In this document: one piece after another, positions 9,317 through 17,819 of the stretch
How the letters are laid out: each line of letters opens with the position of its first letter
How positions within the stretch are numbered: the stretch's first letter is position 1
IMG/VR virus record: IMGVR_UViG_3300047479_000028
Span: 1 to 44,117 of that record
Length of the DNA: 44,117 nucleotides
Strand: one strand, 5' to 3'
Origin: a virus
Taxonomy: Duplodnaviria > Caudoviricetes
Position numbers and translations under genes: made by a program
Notes under the pieces: model-generated
What the model saw: only the letters and a program-made list of their open reading frames with translations
What the model was told of the DNA's origin: nothing
Databases searched by the model: none

Positions 9317-9657
9317 GTTTTGATCCAACTCGTCTCTACTCTCAATTACTGAATACCGGATTACAAAATAAAGATAATCCTTTATATCAGTTAATTCGAG
9401 AATTAATTAGACAACTAGCTGTAGTAACTACTTCTAGTAGTGGTAGTTCTGGTAGTTCTAGCTCTACTATTATTAACCAAATTACTCAAATTATAGGTAT
9501 TCCTGGATTAGATGGAATAGATGGTTTAGATGGAATTGGAGTTCCTGGAACACAAGGAGTTCAAGGAATTCAAGGAATTTCAGGACCACAAGGAATTCAA
9601 GGAATTCCTGGAATTGATGGAATAGATGGAGAAGATGGATTTTCTATCCCTGGTTAG
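9313..9657 (+). CDS. Collagen-like (Gly-X-Y) fibre/needle protein, possibly truncated
   Basis: N-terminal helical segment, Ser-rich linker, then GIP-GLD-GID-GLD and GTQ-GVQ-GIQ-GIS-GPQ repeats. Confidence 0.75.
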   Translation: MSFDPTRLYSQLLNTGLQNKDNPLYQLIRELIRQLAVVTTSSSGSSGSSSSTIINQITQIIGIPGLDGIDGLDGIGVPGTQGVQGIQGISGPQGIQGIPGIDGIDGEDGFSIPG

Positions 9658-9692
9658 CAGCAGCTATTGCATCATTTAAGGTCGTTACATAA

Positions 9693-9992
9693 ATGCCTAA
9701 AAGAGTTTCTGGAAATGAAGAGCTTATTAATCACTATGGACTCGTTAGATTACGTGTAATTGGTTCTGGTAGCCTTCAACTAAGACTGTTAAGTCTTGAT
9801 GAAGTGAATACCACTACACTGTCTCCAATAACAATGGCAGATCCTACTGACATTGAACCTACTAGATTATCAAATTTAACTACACAAAGATGTTCTTTAG
9901 AGCTTAAAACTACTGCTATTAACGAAACATTTCGTTGCTCCAAAATTATTATTTTTGCCAAACCAACAGCAGCTTCCTATCCGGAGAGATAG
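9693..9992 (+). CDS. Small beta-sandwich protein resembling the C-terminal domain of gp10/gp12-like nozzles
   Basis: HYGLVRLRVIGSGSLQLRL ... QRCSLELKTT...FRCSKIIIFAKP strand pattern. Confidence 0.55.
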   Translation: MPKRVSGNEELINHYGLVRLRVIGSGSLQLRLLSLDEVNTTTLSPITMADPTDIEPTRLSNLTTQRCSLELKTTAINETFRCSKIIIFAKPTAASYPER

Positions 9993-10360
9993 TGAATAAC
10001 AAAGCATTTCGTTTTGGTCCAATAGCTTTAACAACTACTCTTACTACTAATATTCTTAATCCTCCAACGGCTACTGGTGGAACTAATGGTGGTTCTTCCT
10101 CTCAATATATAATTTTAAGACATATTAGAATTGTCAATAAAACTGCTGGTGCTGCGACATTTAGTCTATGGTTAGGAGCTACTGGAGCTAATGCCGCTGG
10201 GACTGAGATAATTGGCCAAGGAAAGAGTATTCCTGCTAATGATATACTTGATTGGTATGGTTATCTCCGAGTAGATGCTGCTGATTTCTTAGTAGGGGGA
10301 TCTAATACTACAACAGCATTAAGTATTGAAGGAGAGGGTGAAATTGGAGTGTCTGGTTGA
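9992..10360 (+). CDS. Small beta-rich putative structural protein
   Basis: Start moved to GTG at 9992 (GGAG RBS, overlaps the previous stop); ILRHIRIVNKT...IPAND pattern is common in small phage virion proteins. Confidence 0.6.
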   Translation: MNNKAFRFGPIALTTTLTTNILNPPTATGGTNGGSSSQYIILRHIRIVNKTAGAATFSLWLGATGANAAGTEIIGQGKSIPANDILDWYGYLRVDAADFLVGGSNTTTALSIEGEGEIGVSG

Positions 10361-10713
10361 TGTTATTGGTTAAAGATGGTGTAACATTCATTCCTAATTT
10401 AGGAGGATTTCTAATTCTTCAAGCTATGAAAACAGTATCTAAAATGATAGAGAAGAATTTAACAATTACTTCTGGCTCTGACGGAGAACATTCAGGACAA
10501 GATGATCCACATAAACATGGTAAAGCTTATGATTTTAGATCACATGATCTTGATGATATCACAAAACAGCAAGTTTTAGCTAATCTGAACAATCTCTTAG
10601 GAAGAGAGAAATTCTACTTCTTTTTGGAATCTCCTAATACATTAATCGAACATTTTCATATTCAAGTTAAAAAAGAGATAGAGTTTACACTTCAAGATTT
10701 CCTGGAGGTATGA
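10357..10713 (+). CDS. Peptidase M15-family zinc peptidase (endolysin or virion lysin)
   Basis: ITSGSDGEH...PHKHGKAYDFR...EHFHIQ gives the H-x6-D and HxH zinc ligands. Confidence 0.8.
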   Translation: MMLLVKDGVTFIPNLGGFLILQAMKTVSKMIEKNLTITSGSDGEHSGQDDPHKHGKAYDFRSHDLDDITKQQVLANLNNLLGREKFYFFLESPNTLIEHFHIQVKKEIEFTLQDFLEV

Positions 10714-11639
10714 TGGCTTTAGGTTTTAATATCCCAAGAGACACTGGATATGGTGGAAATCTTGGATTAGGAAGTCCTAATATACCAATAGGTGGTAGTA
10801 ACTCTTTTATGGGTAGAGCAGGAACTGGTGGTATTCCAGGTCGCTCTTTATTCGATACTCCAGCTCCATCTGGTCCTCCTACTAAACAGTATGGTAATCC
10901 AGCTACTTTTACTGCCGCTGCTAATACTCAAGCTTCTGATTATGATAAGATTATGGGTATGTACTCTAATTTAGCAGCTAAATCGGCTACTGATCCATTA
11001 ACATCTACTAGCATAACTCCACAATTAGCTCAATATAGTGAATCTCCTAATGTGAAAGGTTCCTTATCTAATCTATCTAATTTAGCTACAACTGGGGGAT
11101 ACTCTCCTGAAGATATTCAAAATATTAGAGCTAGAGATATTTCTCCTATTCGATCAATTTATTCTAGTGCTCAACAAGGATTAGAAAGGCAAAAAGCTCT
11201 TAGTGGTGGTTATAGTCCTAATTTTGGAGCTGCTTCAGCTAAGATGGCTAGAGATATGTCTGATATTATTTCTAATAAGACAATAGATGTTAATGCTGGA
11301 ATTGCTCAAAATGTAGCTCAAAATAGGCTAGCAGCCGCATCTCCTTATGCAAGTTCTAGTTTAAGTGAAAATGCTGCTAGGACCGCTTCTGATAGAGCTA
11401 ATGCTGATATTATGAATCAAATTGCTGAAACTAATGCTAATAGAGCTTTACAAGCTGGACAGTTTAATCGTAGTAATGTTTTAGGTTCTATTGAAGGCAT
11501 GAGAGGATTGTACGGAACTACTCCAGCATTAACTTCTACTTTTGGCAATCAAGTTGCCCAAGCTGCTCAGTTAGGTCAAAATCAACAACAGATAGATGAG
11601 CAGAGACTTCGTGATATGATGCCAATGTTTAGGACATAA
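10710..11639 (+). CDS. Putative DNA ejection / internal virion protein
   Basis: Gly/Ala/Gln/Asn-rich, Cys-free and helical; first of three consecutive such genes after the tail genes. Confidence 0.6.
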   Translation: MMALGFNIPRDTGYGGNLGLGSPNIPIGGSNSFMGRAGTGGIPGRSLFDTPAPSGPPTKQYGNPATFTAAANTQASDYDKIMGMYSNLAAKSATDPLTSTSITPQLAQYSESPNVKGSLSNLSNLATTGGYSPEDIQNIRARDISPIRSIYSSAQQGLERQKALSGGYSPNFGAASAKMARDMSDIISNKTIDVNAGIAQNVAQNRLAAASPYASSSLSENAARTASDRANADIMNQIAETNANRALQAGQFNRSNVLGSIEGMRGLYGTTPALTSTFGNQVAQAAQLGQNQQQIDEQRLRDMMPMFRT

Positions 11640-11641
11640 TA

Positions 11642-12427
11642 ATGAGTTTCATGGATTCTCTCGCAGCAAATCCTTCTGGTAGTAGTATTTATGGTTATGG
11701 CGGTAGTAGTGGGCCTAATTTAAATGATGCTTTTTCTATGTATAATCGTATTAAAGAAAGAGATATGAATGATTTTATGAAAAAAGCTAATTTCATGGCT
11801 GATTTATCTCTTAGACAGAATAGACTTCAGTCTTTATTTAACCCAGATGGAGGAAAAGATATACAAGGTAATGCTCCCAATGTAGTTCTAGCTAATCAAA
11901 TGACTCCTTATCAACAAGGTGAATTAGGTATTAGAAAGCAACAATTAGGATTAGAAGGACAGAAAATTTCTCAAGCTGGCAAGATTGGTGAAGAGCGTAT
12001 TGGACAATTAGAACAAAAACATCAGCTAGATGTAACTAAGCAACAAAATATTCATGAAACTAAAGTTGCTGATATGCAGCGTAAAATTGAAGAGGCTAAT
12101 AATAAATTAGGATTGGCATATGATCAACTAAATTCTAAGAACACTAATGCAGCATCTCAACTACAAGCTCATAAAGATATTGCAGCAGCTATGGAAGAAC
12201 GGCATAAGCTAGAAATGGCTCATAAAGATTTATTATTTGAGAAGTCAAAAAGTGATCATGAAGATGCTATGAAGATGATGCAGCAGAGATTAGATCAAGA
12301 AAGTGAAACTTCTACTACGACTGAGATTAATCCAGAAGGTACTAAGAAGACTGCTAATACTCAAAAAGGTAAATCCAAGTCTACAGATAATGATCCACTA
12401 GGTATTAGACCTGATAAGAAAGAATAA
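11642..12427 (+). CDS. Putative DNA ejection / internal virion protein (coiled coil)
   Basis: Gln/Lys/Glu-rich coiled-coil; synteny. Confidence 0.6.
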   Translation: MSFMDSLAANPSGSSIYGYGGSSGPNLNDAFSMYNRIKERDMNDFMKKANFMADLSLRQNRLQSLFNPDGGKDIQGNAPNVVLANQMTPYQQGELGIRKQQLGLEGQKISQAGKIGEERIGQLEQKHQLDVTKQQNIHETKVADMQRKIEEANNKLGLAYDQLNSKNTNAASQLQAHKDIAAAMEERHKLEMAHKDLLFEKSKSDHEDAMKMMQQRLDQESETSTTTEINPEGTKKTANTQKGKSKSTDNDPLGIRPDKKE

Positions 12428-15400
12428 TGCCTAATCTGGCTGAATTAATTCGAGCTAAGCATCCTGGCTCTTATGATGACTTGGATGATAAGGAATTAGA
12501 AAAGGCTGTACTTGATAAGCATCCAGAATATAAAGATTTAGCTACTCCAAAAGAGCCTAAAATGCTTAGTAAAGTTGTAGATGCAGTAGTTAATCCTAAG
12601 CCTTTTAAGCCTGCTGGAGAGAGTAAATTAACTAGATTTATTGAATCTGGTATAGAGAAAGGAAAAGAATTATTTACTGGGGATCCAGGACTTGAGGATT
12701 ATCTTAAAAGCAAAGGTATTACTGGAGGTGTTAAAGGACCAGGATTTATGGAAATTCCTGGAGTAAGTAAAATAGCAGAATCTATTCGTAGAAGAGGTAG
12801 AGAATCAGGGAATTATTATCTAGGAGCTGCTGGAAGCTTAGCTGGAGATGTATTAGATTTTGCTTCTACTGGATTTGATCCTAGAACTGCTGGAGCTAAA
12901 CATTTAACTCCTGAAGAAGTTCCTTCTGTTAGACAGGCTACTAGAGGAACTGAAATTCCTTATAGAATGAGTAGTTCAATTCAAGATATTCATCCTTATG
13001 AAACTGTAGGACCAGAATTGCCTATTAGGCAACCAAGAGATTTATCTACTGCTAGAGCGTCTCTACCAGCAGAACTGAGAACTGCTGAAGAAGCTACAGG
13101 AACTACTGATATATTTAGTGCTCCTAAAGGTAAAGGTGCAGAAGAAGCTATATTTAAGAATGCTCAAGATAAGTTTAATATGGGTAAGGAAGTTTCTGAA
13201 GAGAAGCCTAAATTTGTTAATCCTTTTGAGAAAAAGACTAATATCAAAGATAAAGAATTAATAGGACAGGAAGGTTCTATTGGTCCTCATAATGATATGT
13301 CTCCTGAAAGAGTTGTTCAATCTGTAATTAATGGAGATAAACCGGCTGCTATTCTTGATAATGGTGGAGAGAAAATGGAAAGTTTGGTTAAATATGCTAA
13401 AACTAATGGTTTACATATTATTGATAACCCTATTGTCAGCGATGAGCCTATTCTTGCAAAAGATAAGGCTACTGGTGAGGCTCTAGTTGAATCTTTAAAG
13501 AATGGAGACCATGAAACTACAGGAAAGTTATTAGGATATAGTGAGGATGATATTGCTAAGTTTAAGGAGAATTTGCCTGTAGAGGGAGAAACTACTGAAA
13601 CTAAAACTTCAGAACCAAACACTCCTGAAAACTTACATCCTCAACTAACAGCATTAAAAAATCATGGTGATGGTGTATTAACTCTTGAATTTGATAAGAA
13701 TGCTAATATCAAGCCTGATGATATTACTAAGATGTTATCTAATAAAAATATAGAAGTTACTGAACTTCCTACTACGAGTAATCCTAACAATTTTCGTATT
13801 GATGTTAAAAGTTCTAGCCCAGCATCAGGAAGATTAAGATTAAAAGACTTAGTTAATAGTTCACAACATGCAGATGATATTGAAAGATCAGTTGGAGGTT
13901 CATTTGATAAAAATAAACCATCTCAGAATTTAAGTTCTGAATCTGGTATGGCTGTTTTTGGTAGAAATGATAGAAAAGGACCACAAGAGTTAGAACCATT
14001 TAAAGGAGCATATGGAGCAGCATTAGATAAACTATTTAATGCTATGGGGCAAATTAAAGAGTCACGAGTACAACAGGATATAATTAATAAAGTTGAGCAA
14101 GCTAAAAGATTTGCAGCTTTTTCTAGTGTGAAAGAAGAAGGAGTTTCTGGAGCTAAAAAATCTCTTTCTGCGCTAAAAGGTGAATTTGAGAAAGTTGATA
14201 CTGAGAAGTTAGGATTAACTAGAGCGCAAAGTGATTCTTTATTTACAGCAGTTAAAAGAGCTAATATTACCGAAGGAGAGAAGGCTAGAGGTTATACCGC
14301 ATTATTCAAACTAATGAATGGTGATGGTGTTCCTCAGCGTAATGAATTGGCTATTCTTGATAATGTCTTTGGTCAAGGATTTGCTGATAAAGTTATTCAA
14401 ATGCACGGTGGTATCGGTGCCGTTGGCATTAAGCTTGCTAAAGCTGCTAATACGATGAAGTCACTGGAGAATAGTATTAGCCTTGCGGCACCATTGCGTC
14501 ATGGTATTGGATTGGCTTATAGATCTGAATTTTATCCAGCAATGAGAGATATGTTTAAGTTCTTTACTAATCCAGAATTTTATAAGTCCTCTATGCAAGC
14601 TATTGAGGAACATCCTAATTATCTAAAGGCTAGAGATTCTGGTCTATTCTTAAATAGACCGGGTAGTGTAATGAATTCTGAAGAAGAATTTCTTAATTCC
14701 TATGTTGGTTCTTTGCCTAGAATGACAGGAATACCACAGACTGTAGCGGCTAGTCAGAGAGCTTATTCTGGATTCTTAAACAAACTTAGATTTGATACTT
14801 TCAATTCTATGATTAAGCAGGCTGAAGATTTAGGAGTTAATACATTTTCTACTGTAGGTGGGAATTTGACTATTCCATCTAAAGAAGCTAAAGCTATTAG
14901 TCGCTTCATTAATAATGCTACTGGTCGTGGTTCTCTTGGACCACTAGACAAAGCTACTAATGAATTGAATATGCTTCTTTGGTCTCCTAGAATGATTAGC
15001 TCTCGTATTTCAATGCTAACTAATCCCAAGATTTATACAGACCTTCCAAAAGGAATGAGATTAGAGGGATTGAAGTCTCTCTTTGCAATAGCAGCTCTAG
15101 GAACTAGTATTGATACTCTTGCTTCCTATGGTGGTGCTAAGGTCTCTACTAATATTCTTTCTACTGACTTCGGTAAGAGCCGCTTTGGTAAGAAATTGAT
15201 TGACCCGTGGGGTGGATTCCAGCAGTATGTCGTAGCGGCTGCTAGATTTTTGGCTGGGAAAACTGACTCAAGTCAACCTACTAGTAGGCTAGAAATTGCA
15301 GGGAGATTTCTTGCGAATAAAGAATCCCCTGCTGCAAGTTTAGCTCATATGATGCTAACAGCTAAGAAATTTACAGGTGGTGGAAATTTTACTACTCAAT

Positions 15401-15618
15401 ATGGTCAACAAACTTCTATTCAATCAGAAATTGCTAAGAGATTTACTCCTATCTTCTTACAAGATTTAAAAGATTTAGCTGCAGAACAACCCAGCTTTGC
15501 CGACGAAGTCGGACTCAATACAGCATTAGGAGTAGCATCTCTAGCTGGAATGAGTCAGCAGTATCCTGAAAAAGGGCGTAAAAAGTTAAGTTTTAATCAG
15601 AAGTTAGGTGTTCGTTGA
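12427..15618 (+). CDS. Large ejection / internal virion (polyvalent-type) protein
   Basis: 1063 aa, Cys-free, last gene of the structural arm; N-terminal IRAKHPGSYDDLDDKEL motif; helical C-terminal half with STDFGKSRFG...IDPWGGFQQY. Confidence 0.65.
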   Translation: MPNLAELIRAKHPGSYDDLDDKELEKAVLDKHPEYKDLATPKEPKMLSKVVDAVVNPKPFKPAGESKLTRFIESGIEKGKELFTGDPGLEDYLKSKGITGGVKGPGFMEIPGVSKIAESIRRRGRESGNYYLGAAGSLAGDVLDFASTGFDPRTAGAKHLTPEEVPSVRQATRGTEIPYRMSSSIQDIHPYETVGPELPIRQPRDLSTARASLPAELRTAEEATGTTDIFSAPKGKGAEEAIFKNAQDKFNMGKEVSEEKPKFVNPFEKKTNIKDKELIGQEGSIGPHNDMSPERVVQSVINGDKPAAILDNGGEKMESLVKYAKTNGLHIIDNPIVSDEPILAKDKATGEALVESLKNGDHETTGKLLGYSEDDIAKFKENLPVEGETTETKTSEPNTPENLHPQLTALKNHGDGVLTLEFDKNANIKPDDITKMLSNKNIEVTELPTTSNPNNFRIDVKSSSPASGRLRLKDLVNSSQHADDIERSVGGSFDKNKPSQNLSSESGMAVFGRNDRKGPQELEPFKGAYGAALDKLFNAMGQIKESRVQQDIINKVEQAKRFAAFSSVKEEGVSGAKKSLSALKGEFEKVDTEKLGLTRAQSDSLFTAVKRANITEGEKARGYTALFKLMNGDGVPQRNELAILDNVFGQGFADKVIQMHGGIGAVGIKLAKAANTMKSLENSISLAAPLRHGIGLAYRSEFYPAMRDMFKFFTNPEFYKSSMQAIEEHPNYLKARDSGLFLNRPGSVMNSEEEFLNSYVGSLPRMTGIPQTVAASQRAYSGFLNKLRFDTFNSMIKQAEDLGVNTFSTVGGNLTIPSKEAKAISRFINNATGRGSLGPLDKATNELNMLLWSPRMISSRISMLTNPKIYTDLPKGMRLEGLKSLFAIAALGTSIDTLASYGGAKVSTNILSTDFGKSRFGKKLIDPWGGFQQYVVAAARFLAGKTDSSQPTSRLEIAGRFLANKESPAASLAHMMLTAKKFTGGGNFTTQYGQQTSIQSEIAKRFTPIFLQDLKDLAAEQPSFADEVGLNTALGVASLAGMSQQYPEKGRKKLSFNQKLGVR

Positions 15619-15733
15619 TAATCAAGTGATTCTTACGTCCAGTCTTAAAATCATCTATCCACTTAGATGATAAATAAGTATCATGTCTGTAGTACTTAAA
15701 GTAGCGATAAATTTCTAGCAGAAGATGCATCAT
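15593..15733 (-). CDS. Possible small hypothetical protein (~46 aa)
   Basis: ATG overlaps the stop of 15730..16050 (MMHLLLEIYRYFKYY...); overlaps the convergent gene end. Confidence 0.3.
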   Translation of the reverse strand: MMHLLLEIYRYFKYYRHDTYLSSKWIDDFKTGRKNHLIINEHLTSD

Positions 15734-16050
15734 TCTTTATACTTATTCTTGAGAGTGAGTAGATATACTACTTGGTCAATAGCTTCATCTATCGCGTGAT
15801 CCAATAAATCATTAGCATTCATATCTTGTAAATTTCCTCCATGCTCTTCTTGACCTTTACGATACTTTTTATCAACTAAAACTGCAAACTCTCTCTTTAA
15901 ACTTAAAAGATGCTCTTCTGCTTTGGAATTCATTCCTTCCTCTCCATCAATTTGAGTCGCAAATTGATACCATCTAGATTCAATTTCTTCAATATCATTA
16001 ATTAAATCTCGTATTAAGTTTAATGACTGAGTTATCGTTTTATTCTTCAT
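15730..16050 (-). CDS. All-alpha NTP pyrophosphohydrolase-like (MazG/dUTPase superfamily) protein
   Basis: KKYRKGQEEHG...LLDHAIDEAIDQVVYL with an ExxD-type acidic helix. Confidence 0.5.
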   Translation of the reverse strand: MKNKTITQSLNLIRDLINDIEEIESRWYQFATQIDGEEGMNSKAEEHLLSLKREFAVLVDKKYRKGQEEHGGNLQDMNANDLLDHAIDEAIDQVVYLLTLKNKYKE

Positions 16051-16306
16051 TTTTCAAATGACTTCCTTTCTGATTCAAATTAGATATGAGATTAGCTCTA
16101 CGATGATTGCTTTTATTAATTAAGCATATTTTGTCTATTCTAATGCTTCCACTAGGAGTTCTACCATAATCTAAAAATCCTTCAGTTAGCCAATTATAAA
16201 TTGTTCTTCTAGTTACTCCGCAAATTTCTACAGCTTCATTTATAGTTATATATTTTCTATTTTTCATATCCTTCATGTTCAATGGCTCCGGTAATTTTTG
16301 TTCCAT
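16040..16306 (-). CDS. Excisionase/MerR-like winged-HTH DNA-binding protein
   Basis: YITINEAVEICGVTRRTIYNWLTEG...RTPSGSIRI. Confidence 0.8.
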   Translation of the reverse strand: MEQKLPEPLNMKDMKNRKYITINEAVEICGVTRRTIYNWLTEGFLDYGRTPSGSIRIDKICLINKSNHRRANLISNLNQKGSHLKNEE

Positions 16307-16451
16307 CAGAATTACTGACTACAGTAACTAAACTAGTATGACAGTCAGGACAAATAGGATTTAATTGATCTGACATAAAATAACTTTTACAAAATTTACA
16401 ATAGAGCTCTCTTTTCATTCGTTCTATGTTATAGTCCATAACTATGTCCAT
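16257..16451 (-). CDS. Small zinc-ribbon protein
   Basis: CKFC...CPDC. Confidence 0.55.
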   Translation of the reverse strand: MDIVMDYNIERMKRELYCKFCKSYFMSDQLNPICPDCHTSLVTVVSNSDGTKITGAIEHEGYEK

Positions 16452-17529
16452 CCATTACACCCACAATACTAGGACAGTGGGCCAATAGATAATCTCCAAA
16501 AGCTCTTTGTCTAAGACCATCCCAATCTGGATATTTATGATATACTGGTGTAGTAGTTTGTTCAAATGCTACATTAATAAGATTTAATCCTTCCCATCCA
16601 GGTCTTTGACCATGTAAATGAGCCGCTGTATCCTCCAATCCTTCTGCTGTATGCTCTACATCATCCCAATGATCATCCTGAGAGAATAATCCCCCAATTC
16701 CTATTTCCGCGCAGCGTTTCCACCATTCACCTTCTGGCTCTCCCATTGAACCATGTCCGGCTGTGAAGTGTAGTTTAGGATGAATACGAGGATTTGCTTC
16801 ACAAGTCTTTTGAGTAATAGCAAACATTCTATCAGAATCTCCCTGACAAGGACCATTCATTTCCCACATTATAAAGGCATCATCAATGATATCACTATTA
16901 GTCTTATAAGACTCTAAGACCACATCAGGATTTTCATCATCTGTTGCACAACAGATTGGAATCAATTTCTTATTTAAAAGCTTTATAATTGCTTTTCTAG
17001 CAACACTAGGATTATCATCAATATGAGGATAATCATTGTGATAAGTTGAACCTCCGAGATTAATAACAAAGTGAGATTTTTCAGGATAAAATTGTAAATA
17101 TCTATCAATGATGATATCTTGTCTTTCATCATCATAAGCTAGTAATGCCGGAGTCCAAATTCTAACATTATCTCCATATTGGTCACTATGATCTAGAAAT
17201 GCGTCTGGAATACAAAATGCTCCCCTGTAGTGATCTACTTCTTCTTGAGTAGGACGCCATAGGGGATGATTAAAAGAATCTAGAGTTACCTCAATATATT
17301 GATCTGCGGAGGTAATAATTAAATATTGAATAGAGTTTTTATACCCAGGAGCTTGAACTGTTAGAGTTACTGGTGGATTAGCTAATACTCCTATCATCGC
17401 CACATCTGCATATCCATTACCATCTGTTCCTCTAACAAATACCTCTCCAGTAGTTTCTACACACGCTATTACAATAGCATCTTGAATTGGCTTTCCTGCC
17501 TTGTCTTTCACTGTCGTTTTGAAGGTCAT
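16429..17529 (-). CDS. Transthyretin/carboxypeptidase-regulatory-like N-terminal domain fused to a putative TIM-barrel glycoside hydrolase-like domain
   Basis: VKDKAGKPIQDA...TDGNGYA...VQAPGYK N-terminal domain; FIMWEMN and VAFEQ resemble clan GH-A acid/base and nucleophile Glu positions (inference). Confidence 0.55.
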   Translation of the reverse strand: MTFKTTVKDKAGKPIQDAIVIACVETTGEVFVRGTDGNGYADVAMIGVLANPPVTLTVQAPGYKNSIQYLIITSADQYIEVTLDSFNHPLWRPTQEEVDHYRGAFCIPDAFLDHSDQYGDNVRIWTPALLAYDDERQDIIIDRYLQFYPEKSHFVINLGGSTYHNDYPHIDDNPSVARKAIIKLLNKKLIPICCATDDENPDVVLESYKTNSDIIDDAFIMWEMNGPCQGDSDRMFAITQKTCEANPRIHPKLHFTAGHGSMGEPEGEWWKRCAEIGIGGLFSQDDHWDDVEHTAEGLEDTAAHLHGQRPGWEGLNLINVAFEQTTTPVYHKYPDWDGLRQRAFGDYLLAHCPSIVGVMDGHSYGL

Positions 17530-17819
17530 TTTTCCTCCCTCTTAAAATACTCTTCGACGTAGCTATCCATATGTTTAATCATATTAATAGCACAAGCAGC
17601 TAATTGAATTAGTTCTTTTCTAATATCATTTACATTATCACTTCTTCCATCCCACCAATCACATTCTGCTTTAGCTACTTCTCCTAACTCTTCAGTTAAT
17701 GGAGCTATAGCATCATGTGTACTTCTATGATACATTGATTTATCTCCATGTTTTTTAATCTGTCTTTGACATTCATCATCTACTTCTTTATATACTTTTG
17801 TTAGAATTTGATATCCCAC
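17526..17819 (-). CDS. MazG-like nucleotide pyrophosphohydrolase
   Basis: LTEELGEVAKA ... IRKELIQLAACA. Confidence 0.75.
   Translation of the reverse strand: MGYQILTKVYKEVDDECQRQIKKHGDKSMYHRSTHDAIAPLTEELGEVAKAECDWWDGRSDNVNDIRKELIQLAACAINMIKHMDSYVEEYFKREEK

Noticed and set aside
8290-9700. Stop-codon reassignment explaining the fragmented tail genes
   Set aside because: The breaks use TAA, TGA and TAG with frame changes, and all three stops end normal genes elsewhere.
16040-16306. Evidence of lysogeny from the excisionase-like gene
   Set aside because: No tyrosine or serine integrase, CI-like repressor or ParA recognised in the window.
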